Below are positions 53,160 to 64,000 of a stretch of 64,000 nucleotides of DNA, in pieces. The stretch spans positions 21,452,001-21,516,000 of the forward strand of contig NC_047022.1 of assembly GCF_902652985.1 (NCBI RefSeq), read 5' to 3'. The DNA comes from Pecten maximus. Its lineage: Eukaryota. The notes beneath the pieces are model-generated. The model was not told where the DNA came from, did no database searches, and saw nothing but the letters and a program-made list of their open reading frames with translations. Position numbers and translations under genes: made by a program. The stretch's first letter is position 1. The number at the start of each line of letters is the position of its first letter.

Positions 53160-53833
53160 CTAAAGTAAACATACTTCATATGACATTCTATACAAGCACA
53201 CCAAGGCCGTTTTTATTTTTGCGGTCCAAACAGTTGGATAATTTAGACTGGTGTTGTTCGTTTATGAAACAAAGACGGACCTGGTGATTTTATATTGTTT
53301 TCAGATGAGCCTGGACAAAGACTTTCAAGGCCTGTATTAACATTTGCAGGTCCGTCAATATGTTTGAAATATTACATATTACAAATATTACATAAACAAA
53401 CTGGCCCCAACACTATACTGATTTCAATGTTAATTTATACTAAGGGAGATAACTACTCAAATTCTTATCAATCTTGTAACCTGTGATAGTGAATTCATAC
53501 GAAAGAAGAGAAAATGAACATGAATAAAAAGACAGTTTTGTGTTTTCCTCATTTTTTTTTTATTCCCTTGTCTATAAACAATTATATTTGACTCTGTATT
53601 GTGATGTTTGCGCTGATGATGATCTACAGATTCATATACCAGTTAACTGTAAACATCTGACCACCACTTCAGATCTAAGAGCAATTAACCAACAGTTAAA
53701 CAACCACATATTGATTACACCTTTTTGCTCATTGAAATATTCTTTCAATTGATTTTACTAACAATTGCTTGAGTACTAATGAAATATATATCTGAGCCTT
53801 AACAATACAAAATTACTCTACCTTTTATTTTAC

Positions 53834-53898
53834 CAAGTCGCCGATTTTCTCTGATGCTTTTTACTTCAGCAATCTTGTCAAGAGCTTTTCGTAGTAAC
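53834..53898 (-). CDS. SGF29: SGF29 coding exon 4 (alternative donor extends it to 53822)
   Basis: LLRKALDKIAEVKSIRENRRL. Confidence 0.9.
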
Positions 53899-54416
53899 CT
53901 GTAAAATCAGAATCCAAATCAATAGAAAATAACGAAATTTAAGATACACATATTGTAGGGATTTCAATTCTAAACTACAATATATGTTGAATTGTGTCAA
54001 TTTACTATACTTCACATACATTGTATATGTATGAATGTATGGTAAACATTTTAAAGAATAAATTATCTTATGTAGTACAGTAAAGACAACACTGATGTCT
54101 GAAATATTGAGTTTGCAGAAATACTTATGGTCTATAGCTAGAGACAAGTGGGTCTAAAATTACATTTGCTGGCAAAGTAGTAACAGTGCACCCAAAGTTA
54201 GTATCTGAGTATGTATTCAATGTACATGTTTAAATATCACTGTAACTATACACTAAAGCATTAGTGTCATTTTCATTTAAAAAAAAAAGCTATTCAACCT
54301 GTGAATATATTATGAGACACAAAGCGGTTTGCTCAGAGTATTGTGATATACATCTGATTCGGATCATTGTACAATATTGGACTAACAGACACGTTTTCAG
54401 ACCATATTTTACTTAC

Positions 54417-54489
54417 TCTGCTTCTAGTTCAGCATCTTGCATGGCTGTTTTGTACAGACCTTTTAGCTTGTTCTTGTAATAAGGAGTCA
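54417..54489 (-). CDS. SGF29: SGF29 coding exon 3
   Basis: TPYYKNKLKGLYKTAMQDAELEAE. Confidence 0.94.
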
Positions 54490-55178
54490 CTGGGAAAAAA
54501 AACAGACAGCAATTAATAAAAACTGTATTTTCTGGAACAGCTATTTTCATGGGATAAAAAAACTTAGTATTTTCTGGAACAGGTATATTCATAAGATTTC
54601 TTTTATTGAGAGTCTGACTGAAGTATATTAGGAAAAACTGGGGGCGAAATTGCATTTAACTTGAACAATTTATTCAGCATTACTTTGTAATATTTATTTG
54701 TCACCTGCTACTGATGACTTTAAGTGGTTGTAGAAACATATACATTTAGTACCTGTATGTTTCAGCTGAGTTTCAGGTACAGTGTGGTTATATATAAAGT
54801 ATCTTATAGTGTACATTGCCAAATCTGTAATTTACTTCATATTTTACAGGCTCTAAGTTGTCATAGGATATGTCACCAATATATACTTCATTGACTTTAA
54901 AGAGAGTTTGTATGATAATACTCTACAATATTCCATCCCCTCCACACTAATGATCTTCAGTCTTCTTATAGGGACAGAGAACTACCAGTACATCTGTATC
55001 ATTGTAAAGTAAGTGCAGATTTCACATAGTTTATGTGTGGGGCTTTTTTATATGGCTCTAGTGATTTTCCCTTAATATGTTCTGATCATAATTTGTAGAA
55101 TTTAGGTATGCATTTGCAAAGCCCTGGAAACATTATCAAATTCTTTCCAATTATTTAACTCATTATCATATCCAAGGT

Positions 55179-55740
55179 AACAAGAGGCCTATGGGCCTTA
55201 ATGGTCACCTGAGTTTTGATATATTTTAGCATATTTGGCCGCTTTGACCTTGAATGAAGGTGAAGGTCATTCATTTGAACAAACTTGGTAGCCCTTTGTA
55301 CCAGCATGCTACAGACCTAATATTGGGTCTCTGGGCCTTTTGGTAAGATTTTAGCATATTTGACCCATGTGGCCTTGAATGAAAGTCAAGGTCATCCACT
55401 TGAACAAACTTGGTAGCCCTTCACCCCAACATGCTACATACCTAATATTGGGTCTCTTGGCCTACAGACCTAATATTGGGTCTCTGGGCCTTTTGGTTAT
55501 CAAGAAGTCGTTAAAGATTTAAGCATATTTGACCCCTGTGACCTTGAATGAAGGTCAAGGTCATCCACTTGAACAAACTTTGTAGCCATTCATCCAAACA
55601 TGCTACAGACCCAAAAATCAGGTCTCTGGGCCTGTTGGTAATTGAGAAGAAATTGAAAATGTAAATTGTTTATGACGGACGAGGCACGGCGAACGCCGCC
55701 GGACAAAAGCGATCACAATAGGTCAACTGAGACTTTGTCT
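55179..55740 (-). mobile_element. HINE family B-related copy in an SGF29 intron
   Basis: Reverse-complement monomers TGACCTTGAATGAAGGTCAAGGTCA..GAACAAACTTGGTAGCCC; terminal AACAAGAGGCCTATGGGCCT hairpin. Confidence 0.85.
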
Positions 55741-55791
55741 AAAAGAAGAGAGTGAAAAGACTGAGTGAGAATATTGTATAAACAGATATAC

Positions 55792-55867
55792 CTTTTTGTT
55801 CCTGCTGCATTCGTTCGTGTGTTTTTGAGATATTTGTGAGGTTGTGCTCTCCCCTAGCTCTTTCATC
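55792..55867 (-). CDS. SGF29: SGF29 coding exon 2
   Basis: DERARGEHNLTNISKTHERMQQEQK. Confidence 0.94.
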
Positions 55868-56204
55868 CTGAAACAATAATTCATAAACATAATCACAATG
55901 GTAGATTATCATTCATAGCAGTATATTTATAAACATTGCCTTTCAAATCAGTATATTTGTAAACAAATAATTGCCTTCCTAGCTGTATATTTGAAAAAAA
56001 AAATGTTTACTTTGGATTATTAAAAGATGTCTTATGTTGACTAAATTTTATTCTGAAAATCAATTAACCAAATTTAATTTTGGCTGATTTGGTATAATTA
56101 TAATATAACATACTGCTTGAAATACTCAGGATCATGGTCACATGGAATAAATGTGATAAGTGAAATTTCTCTCTCCAGATATGGCCATTTCTACTGATGT
56201 GCTG

Positions 56205-56410
56205 GTTTAATTTATTTATGGTTTATTTTGTTTAAAGTCTTATTAACAGCCAGTATCATTTAAGGACATGCCTGGTTTTGGAGGTGAAGGAAAGCCGGAG
56301 TACCCCAAGAAAAACCACTGACCTACGGTCAGTACCTGGCAGCTGCCCCACGTGGGTTTTGAACCCGCAACCCAGAGGTGACATTCTAACCACTCAGCCA
56401 CCGTGGCCCC
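56205..56410 (-). mobile_element. SINE copy (same family as 48728-48941) with an internal deletion
   Basis: TATTAACAGCCAG..CATTTAAGGAC..GAAAGCCGGAGTACCC..CTACGGTCAGTACCTGGC..CCACCGTGGCCC. Confidence 0.88.
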
Positions 56411-56489
56411 TGAGGTGCAGTATGATAAGGTTTTGATATATCTATGTAAGGATTGGCTTATTTATACACTGTTACATTTATTTTTGTAC

Positions 56490-56645
56490 CTGTACTTGGT
56501 GAATGAGATGATAAAGCTCCTTCAGCAGGTCTTTGATGCGAACCTCGGCCGCTGCAGTACTGCTTGTGGAGTTCGTATCAGAAGATGGACTATGACTACT
56601 GCCAGCCACGTTACTTCCTCCACCTCCAGACTTTGTGCGACCCAT
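56490..56645 (-). CDS. SGF29: SGF29 coding exon 1
   Basis: MGRTKSGGGGSNVAGSSHSPSSDTNSTSSTAAAEVRIKDLLKELYHLIHQVQ|gtac; ATG preceded by TAG-GAA. Confidence 0.88.
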
Positions 56646-57536
56646 TTCCTATATTCTTAAGCCTTCTTTTTCGTCACATGAAAGTGGCGGTCTTAGAGCT
56701 GATCACAACGATGTATTTCCATCTAGGTATAAATAATCAAAAACCTGGTCAAATACATCACAATGTAATTATATTACATGCATAAAATATTTGTCCTGCA
56801 TGGTTGCAGATGTGGATAAAATACTCCCAAGGTATTTCAAGTAGATCTACACATCATCATCTTTCATTCAGACTAATTTATACAGTATTACCAGTATGAA
56901 ATGGTCCCTGTGTATTGGACCAAGCCACATATATATGTGAATCATATATAACAAGCAAGCATAGGATTAATTTGCCATTTGTACAAGCTATGTACATGTG
57001 CTGATAATCTCATTCTGCCAATATGCAGTTTTTCTTGGATAAATATTTGTTACCAAATTAAACTTTCCTATTTCAGTCCATGAATGGGATTATGCTCTTT
57101 TCTATGTAATAGTTGATAGGAGTTTAGAATATGCTGGTGGTCAAGTGAATGATGGAGTTTTCAGATGAAAGGATGATGAGCAATTAATCTACTTATGTAT
57201 GTCAGCAGGTTCAAACTAAGCAGTCTACTGGTGCATCAGAAAAGCATTTGACACTTTTGGCTGTGTCAAATGCTTTAATTTCCCAATACAACAGTGAGTA
57301 CAATGATGTAGTTAAGAGTACTGGAGAGTGGTAATCCAGATTTTTTATGTATGTGTATTCGGCTTAAAAAAAACTTTATTTACTGATGTCAATCATTATT
57401 GTTGGCCCAGATGGAAGCACATAATATAAGGGGTCTTATCAGGGAGGTAAAACCAGAGCACAAAATTAAAGGAAAAACCATATGCATGTGCCTTGGTCAA
57501 GCAGATGACATGGAATGCTTTATTTACACATTTGAT

Positions 57537-57636
57537 CGGTAATGCTTGCCTTTCACATAGGCGTCTGGGGTTTGATTAATGATCGATGATCAGGAAATCA
57601 AACCCCAGACGCCTATATGAAAGGCAAACATTACCG
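57537..57636. repeat. Hairpin with 41-bp arms inside a degenerate SINE
   Basis: CGGTAATGCTTGCCTTTCACATAGGCGTCTGGGGTTTGATT ... AATCAAACCCCAGACGCCTATATGAAAGGCAAACATTACCG. Confidence 0.9.
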
Positions 57637-58177
57637 CTGTGCCACCCAGAAGCCTTGGCTAGCGAAGATGCCCGATGACCACCCTAATTTCTATTTGCCA
57701 TACAATTCAAAAGGCAGATGAAACATCAGAACTATTCGGAGAGGAAAGGAACATTTTGTTTATTATTCAAATTTTATATATATATTAGTCATAACTGACA
57801 TCTACAACATACAAGTACCACAGCACAGGTAAATTTATTTACATCCAGAGTTAATATTACATACCTATAACAGAGACATACATGTATATAATAGCTATCG
57901 TTGAAATTGAATTTTAATTCTCGGTTTCGGATAAGACGGCGACCCATTATATTTCACCGACTGCTAGTTAATTGATCCATTCGTACTGTACTTTACTGTA
58001 CAGTACAGTGTTAGTCACTATAAATAATTTATAATTCAGCTTTAGAATCAGCTGACTCAGTAGCTGGCCATAGTTTTTATCTGAATACAAACCTTTTTTC
58101 ATAAATTCAGAACTTAAACATAGGGTAATGAATAAACATAAAATGTGAAGATGAAATGAATAAAAGACAATAAATAC

Positions 58178-58418
58178 CTAGCTGATATTATGATGCCTCC
58201 CTGACCAGCAACTCAAAGATCATAAACAAAGCATACGCCGGAAATTGGACAGAAATAGACGTTTGGTACTTTTCTTGATAAACGATGAAGAGAAATAAAA
58301 ATCCCGAGGGTATTCCGATAAAACCTACTGTTTCCTTACAAGATCAGCGATTGGTCAAATATTCCGTCGAAGCCTTAAACACATTACCATTGGTCAAAAG
58401 ACCGGTACAGCTTCCAAC
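58178..58418. promoter_or_regulatory. Candidate bidirectional promoter for SGF29 and the TLCD3-like gene, including the putative SGF29 5'UTR exon donor
   Basis: Minus-strand donor TAG|gtattt at 58178; CCGGAA ETS motif at 58238; ATTGG (inverted CCAAT) at 58244, 58350 and 58389; divergent ATG at 58419. Confidence 0.55.
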
Positions 58419-58549
58419 ATGGAGGAATTGTTGCTTCTTATCTGCGGAACATCATTCTATTCTTCTTCGTTTTTCATTACGAAGCAAACTTTGTTTGGAT
58501 TATTTAAAAAGAGACTCACTGAAGCAGACATTGTTACAATAAGTGAAAA
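58419..58549 (+). CDS. TLCD3: TLC domain protein TLCD3/FAM57-like, exon 1
   Basis: MEELLLLICGTSFYSSSFF...LTEADIVTISEK|gtaagt. Confidence 0.85.
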
Positions 58550-59438
58550 GTAAGTCCTACTTTTGGACGTATCTAGCGAAATGAAACACACATTGTCGAA
58601 AAAAGTCGTTGTGTGCAGTAACGTTACATGTAAATAATAATTAAAATAATTGTCAAAATAGTTAGACAGTATACAGCGTTTCTACATACATGTGTAAACA
58701 AAAAAAAATTCAAAAATTTACTAACAGAGAGCATGATCATTTTTTATCACTGGCTCTGCTATGGATCAAACCTTGGACCTGTGGATTACTACATGTAGTT
58801 TTACACTCAACCCATTGACCTTCAGAGAAGTTCTCCCTATAGTCAAACCATATATTGCAGCTAGTTTTTATGAGGCATGAAAACTCCCCTTCCAGGAAAG
58901 AACTCATCCATGAGTTCTATGGGTTACAGTGATGCTGTCACTAGTAACACTAAATATTAATTATTGCTGAGTCCCTACGTGAACACCAATGCAATGGAGA
59001 GCATGATAAATTTATTTCACTGCTCCATCCACAAGGCATTCAAAGCCGATACCTCAGAATTATCAATCTTACACGTGTACTCAGGTGATTGAGCTAAAGA
59101 CTCCCAAGAGAAGATTTCCTAGCAGAGTGTTATATTTTGGCTAGTATTTATACTTAAATATAGTGAATCTCACAAATCAAGAAGCTCTGATCATTCAGTG
59201 CTGTAATTAGGGAAGCGTAATCATATGCTGAACCATATTGTTTTGGCTCCAAATGGAGTGAACTGCATTGACATTGTTTGTTGTTATAGATTGTTACATA
59301 AAACATTCCATTTGATTGAACCGTTGATATACATATACTGTTAAGTCTAAAAGTTTGTTGATGTAGAACATTGCATTGTCAATAGATTATGTATCATTTG
59401 AAATTTCTGAAACTCCTTTTCACATTTTTACATTGTAG

Positions 59439-59525
59439 GGTTGTAAATGGCATTCATGGTATAGTGTCTGTTTACATTGGTGCTACTATATCTTCTCAGT
59501 GTTATGATGACATCTTGTATAGCAG
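59439..59525 (+). CDS. TLCD3: TLCD3-like exon 2
   Basis: VVNGIHGIVSVYIGATISSQCYDDILYS; phases 2/2. Confidence 0.87.
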
Positions 59526-60524
59526 GTAGGTACAGTAATTTGATCACCATAGGGTATAGTCAAGTGTTAAAACATTGTACATGTAAATATGTCTGTACAT
59601 CATCAACGTATTTGGCTTATTGTACTATTTTGATAAAACTTTGCATGCCTAGATGTTAACAAATAGAAAATATTAATCAAGGTTTTATATTAAATGTCTA
59701 ACCCCTAAGTATAAATATAGAATTTGACTTTACATTATTATTACACAAACAATGAAACACTAATTTTGTCAGAGAGTCATGGGACTATAAACATGGTTGT
59801 GATTTTGTTACGTTATTAATCTTAGTTCAGGGGAGAACAACAAATCAATGTGACCGGAGCGAAGTTGAAGGTCAGAGTGAAAAGTTATAAGTCACAGTAA
59901 TCAGGATTTGTTTCTCTTAATTGGAAGGCATTTTGTTAAGGCATTCAGAAGCAATTAAAGTTGTTCATAGTTCATGAACAACAAGTTATGTGACCAAAGG
60001 TCAAGGTCACATGTCAGATTTGTATTTTGTTCCTTCTGAATGCCTGACACGGTTGCCAACTATTACAATTACATTGCTTATTATGAAACTCAAGTAGTAA
60101 GTGTAATAAGTTACTTAATTCCAAGGACCAATTTAAAATGTACATATGAAACTACTTAGTGACAATATAAAAGTTATTCATTGGGCATGAGTCCTACATG
60201 TATGTCAGTATAGAAAATTTAAGAGGAATGAAAGTAGTTTAATAATCTTGTATCAAAATCATTTGGTAGTTATACCCAAATGTAATGTGGTAACCGTGGT
60301 ATGAAGCTGAAAAGGAAATTTGAACAAATTAATTTTGTGGAAAACTGGCCTCATTATTTACAAATTAATAACCTTATAGTACCCATGTTGTATTAAAACA
60401 TATTGCTTAAATATACATCATATGTACTTCAAGAGTGATGACACATGTAAACTACTTTATACTATATATATATTTTGTACACCCATTTATCATTCTATTA
60501 CAGTATTTAATTTTGCATTTTAAG

Positions 60525-60730
60525 CTCCTGGCTGACCAATGCATTTACCTGGTTTGCACTGCCCTACTTCATCTATGACCTTGTGGTGATGTATCTAGGT
60601 CATCTGTTGACCTTTCCCGATGTACAGGACATGACCTTTCTGGATAGGATTCAACACTTTGTCCTCCACAACAAACTAATCACTGTGCACCATCTCGTAC
60701 TACCAGGTGATATTCTTTCCAGTTATTGTG
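60525..60730 (+). CDS. TLCD3: TLCD3-like exon 3 (apparent +1 frameshift near 60706)
   Basis: WLTNAFTWFALPYFIYDLVVMY...LITVHHLVLP, then VIFFPVIV|gtaagc only in the shifted frame. Confidence 0.82.
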
Positions 60731-61142
60731 GTAAGCAAGGATTATATAATTCAAAACTAATGGTGTATTGTTCTTCAGCAATTACATTGATCAAAATAAC
60801 TTTCACAAAAGTCAGTAAAAAAATCATATTTCCATTTTGCCGGCTCCCCATTTTTAGAGGGAGACTCTTGAATTTCAACCCTAATTTAAGACACAAATTA
60901 TCAGTGAAACTTTAGTATTCCAAATCTGATTGGCTCTGACTTAAACAAATTCATTTAGTGAAATTATAAGTTGAAAAATGTGAGATTTCTTGATAAAGAA
61001 TATGCATACATTGCAGTTATGTAATTAAAATGTATTCAAAAGGTATTTTAGCGTACATTCTTAGCTCTGGCTAGCACAAATCATATGATGAATTCCAACT
61101 ACAATGTCTTAAGTAATGATGGATTGAATTGTTCTGTTGCAG

Positions 61143-61238
61143 TTTCTTCGTAGAGGTATGGGTGATTTCTTCGTTGGGGTGTTCTTCCAAATAGAAATTT
61201 CCCTCCCATTTATAGCAGCACGGAGCATTATGGTTCAG
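61143..61238 (+). CDS. TLCD3: TLCD3-like exon 4
   Basis: FLRRGMGDFFVGVFFQIEISLPFIAARSIMVQ (FAM57 GDFFVG..ELSTPF region). Confidence 0.9.
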
Positions 61239-61796
61239 GTAAGAAGTGCATTGTAAATAAAATAACACCATTTTATAAACTTATATAGGATTCAAATTCA
61301 CTATGTGAACACTTTACAAATGTGTTTACTTTTAAATTAATATTGTATACAGTAGAACCTGTCTCTAATTTCTCAGTAAAAGGCTTTGATTGAATTTCAT
61401 ACCTAATGTAATAGTTTTCTCATTGGAATGATAGATTATAAGAAATAATTAAATAAATAACTATAAGCATAGTTATTCATATATATAGTATATATATATA
61501 TATACATATTGTTTATAGATGAGTGGAAATGAATTTCAATTATTTTCTTGATTAAAGGTGGTCATTTCCCATGTAATAAAATATCAGGAAAATATGATCA
61601 CACATCAATACATTTTGCTCCCCAGAATGTTCCTATAAGTAGCCCCATCTAAAGGTTATATTTGACAGACTGAAATATCAAGGTGAGCAATGTAGGCCCC
61701 ATGGACCTCTTGTTAAGGCAAGTGATCCCTAGCGAATCACTGTCATTATCTATAGACTTGTGCCTTCTGATGTTGAATGTATTATGTCTGTTTTAG

Positions 61797-62114
61797 CTCC
61801 AGATGAAACACACTGTGCTGTATGTGGTCGTGGGTATCGTGATGATAATAACATTCTTTGTGAGCCGGATTCTGGTATTCCCCTACCTGTACTGGCGGTA
61901 TGCAGTGTACAAAAATATATCCACGTGGAGAGTGCCTTTCTTTATTCCATTAAAGTGTAGCACTGGTTGTGCCCTCATTCTCTGCCTCCAGTTGTATTGG
62001 ATGTCCAAGATGATCAAAGGTGCCATGAAGCTTTTATATAAGCTGAGGTCAGGTAAAAGGCCGTCCACCGAACAAACTAACTGTGATAGATTTGCCACTG
62101 AGAAGATGAGCTGA
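61797..62114 (+). CDS. TLCD3: TLCD3-like exon 5 (last)
   Basis: LQMKHTVLY...TFFVSRILVFPYLYW...VPFFIPLKC...LQLYW; stop at 62114. Confidence 0.92.
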   Translation, partial: LQMKHTVLYVVVGIVMIITFFVSRILVFPYLYWRYAVYKNISTWRVPFFIPLKCSTGCALILCLQLYWMSKMIKGAMKLLYKLRSGKRPSTEQTNCDRFATEKMS

Positions 62115-62169
62115 TTTGAAATACTGCACACTCTGATCTTTGTATATAATTATGAGGTAATCATAATTA

Positions 62170-62882
62170 CCGTATTTGACCTAATAAGGGCGCCTGCCCT
62201 AATAAGGGCGCCCCTACCTTTTTCAAGGAAATAAATCTTTGACTGAGGGTCAAAATGGTGTTCAAAAGTAATAATTTATGAGAAATATTTTGCTACTTTA
62301 TGTGTTCAATTTTCTTCAGCAAATTAAGTAACTGGAACACATGTTTTCGCCACATTTTGTGTATTCCTACAGGCTACAGATGACATGTCAGTGCAAAGAG
62401 CACCCAAAACTTAACACACATACAAATAATAACTTACCATCTTTATTTGAAGATAAACTAAAGACTTCATTCTAAATAACTTTTGTTCAGAACAGAAAGC
62501 TAGTAAAAGACATTGTAAATCAATTATAGGTCAAAGAAAACGATGTCTGATATGATCTGGGAAATTACCTGTTTCTATAAATAGAACACAAAAGAGTTCC
62601 ATTTAACATAAATGGTGGAACACACATTCTCTGGTCTAAAGATCAGCTGGCATGGTTTACAAGTTTACAGGAATATTCAAGTGATGTTTAAGCTTAATAT
62701 ATGATAATGAATAGATATCTTCATCTGGAATAATTTTATGACTGAATATTTTACCGTTTCCACAACCTTGGGTATTCTGCTATAAGGTATAGTCTGTTTC
62801 ATAAAACTTCAGAATAACTAATCTTAATAAGGGCGCCCCCACTGTCAATTACTCGCGCCCTGCGCCCTTATTAGGTCAAATA
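62170..62882. mobile_element. MITE (pogo/Tc1-like) just downstream of the TLCD3-like stop
   Basis: TIR TATTTGACCTAATAAGGGCGC / GCGCCCTTATTAGGTCAAATA; subterminal TAATAAGGGCGCCCC repeats; right tip eroded. Confidence 0.85.
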
Positions 62883-63516
62883 ATAAGTGTTTTATTACTT
62901 GTGAAAGAAAGATTTTGAAACTAATTATGTTCAAAATTTGAAAAGTGCAATTTTAATTGTCGTTTTTTTTTTTTTTTTTTTTAATATTTTATTTTGGAGA
63001 TACCTGAAGGATACTAACACCTTATAATTAGTACTCTCATTCAAGCAATTGACCTATGTTATGTTGATACACACCAGAATTGATGTTCTTGATATATTTA
63101 AACACATCATATTCAATCTCTTTATATTATTATTATCATTATTTTTTATAAAGCAATAAAAGTTCTGTTGAAAAAGAAATAAAATGAAATGTATCTCTCC
63201 ATTGGAGAAATGATGAATTGATTGTTACTGTGTTGATACCCGTCATTATTATAATCTGTACTTTTATTGTCTTTCCCACCTATAAAACTGCCTAGCAGTG
63301 TATATGACATGTCTTCATGGTCAATATTGTTAATGTTTCTTTTTCAATTGTTCAGTGATATTTTCTACTCTTTTACTGATATTTTTATTATGATTTATTT
63401 TTACTCTGCCAAGCAATCAAGTGATGTACGTTAATTCTTTATAAGTGACTCATAACACTTTGAAATGTCGCAATGAAAGATAACTTAACTATAAACATAC
63501 TCTCATAACTACTGTC

Positions 63517-63625
63517 ATTGTAATCACTTATTGTAATCACTTATTGTAATCACTTACTCTCATTGTAATCACTTACTCTCATTGTAATCACTTTCTCTCA
63601 TTGTAATCACTTACTCTCATTATAA
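63517..63625. repeat. Short 13/19-bp tandem repeat
   Basis: ATTGTAATCACTT(ACTCTC) units. Confidence 0.85.
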
Positions 63626-64000
63626 CATCTTGTTACCCTTGGTAAATTCCAAAAGATCAGGTTCATTTGTACATGTGGCAATCATATTTTCTGAATCATA
63701 ATATTTTGCTGGTGATCAGTTGCTTTTATCAAGTCTATTTTACAGGATTAAAAGTTTACATTTTGATCATCATGAACAAATATTGGATATCATATCAGAA
63801 CTTTTTTTTATATTTCAAGAATCACTAAAACTAGATTATGGCAGCCACCATCTTATCAATAATAAATGATGTTTACCTTTAAATAGGGATTTGACCCTGT
63901 TGCGTACCTTTTTGTTACACTCAAGGTTAACATTGCTTCAGTAAAAATCAGAAATCCAAATGGTATTTTGATATCTATTGTGGAAAGATATCAGACATTT

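Noticed and set aside
58725-59160. Two diverged copies of a tRNA-like repeat (GAGAGCATGAT...) in TLCD3-like intron 1
   Set aside because: Too degenerate to define boundaries or family by eye

Overview
Eukaryotic, AT-rich, intron-rich animal DNA. The repeat types suggest a bivalve mollusc, but this is inference only. Four spliced genes can be rebuilt by hand from GT-AG junctions and reading phase. (1) A membrane-anchored retinol-dehydrogenase-type SDR (- strand, 4 exons, 4575-19402) whose 12.5-kb first intron is full of minisatellites. (2) RAD1 of the 9-1-1 clamp (+, 8 exons, 33581-42279, 281 aa). (3) SGF29/CCDC101 (-, 9 coding exons, 50580-56645). (4) A TLCD3/FAM57-like TLC-domain gene (+, 5 exons, 58419-62114), head-to-head with SGF29 and carrying an apparent +1 frameshift. 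The rest is minisatellites, a LINE nested in a LINE, nested Helentron-type (HINE) elements with a 145-bp satellite, TA-flanked MITEs, V-type SINEs, hairpins and one assembly gap. Top observations: SGF29, an H3K4me reader, begins with an H3-tail-like N-terminus (M-GRTKS versus ARTKQ); a tandem repeat duplicates the SDR exon-1 splice donor in frame and regenerates the Rossmann strand; and two paralogous elements give reciprocal filled and empty insertion sites.
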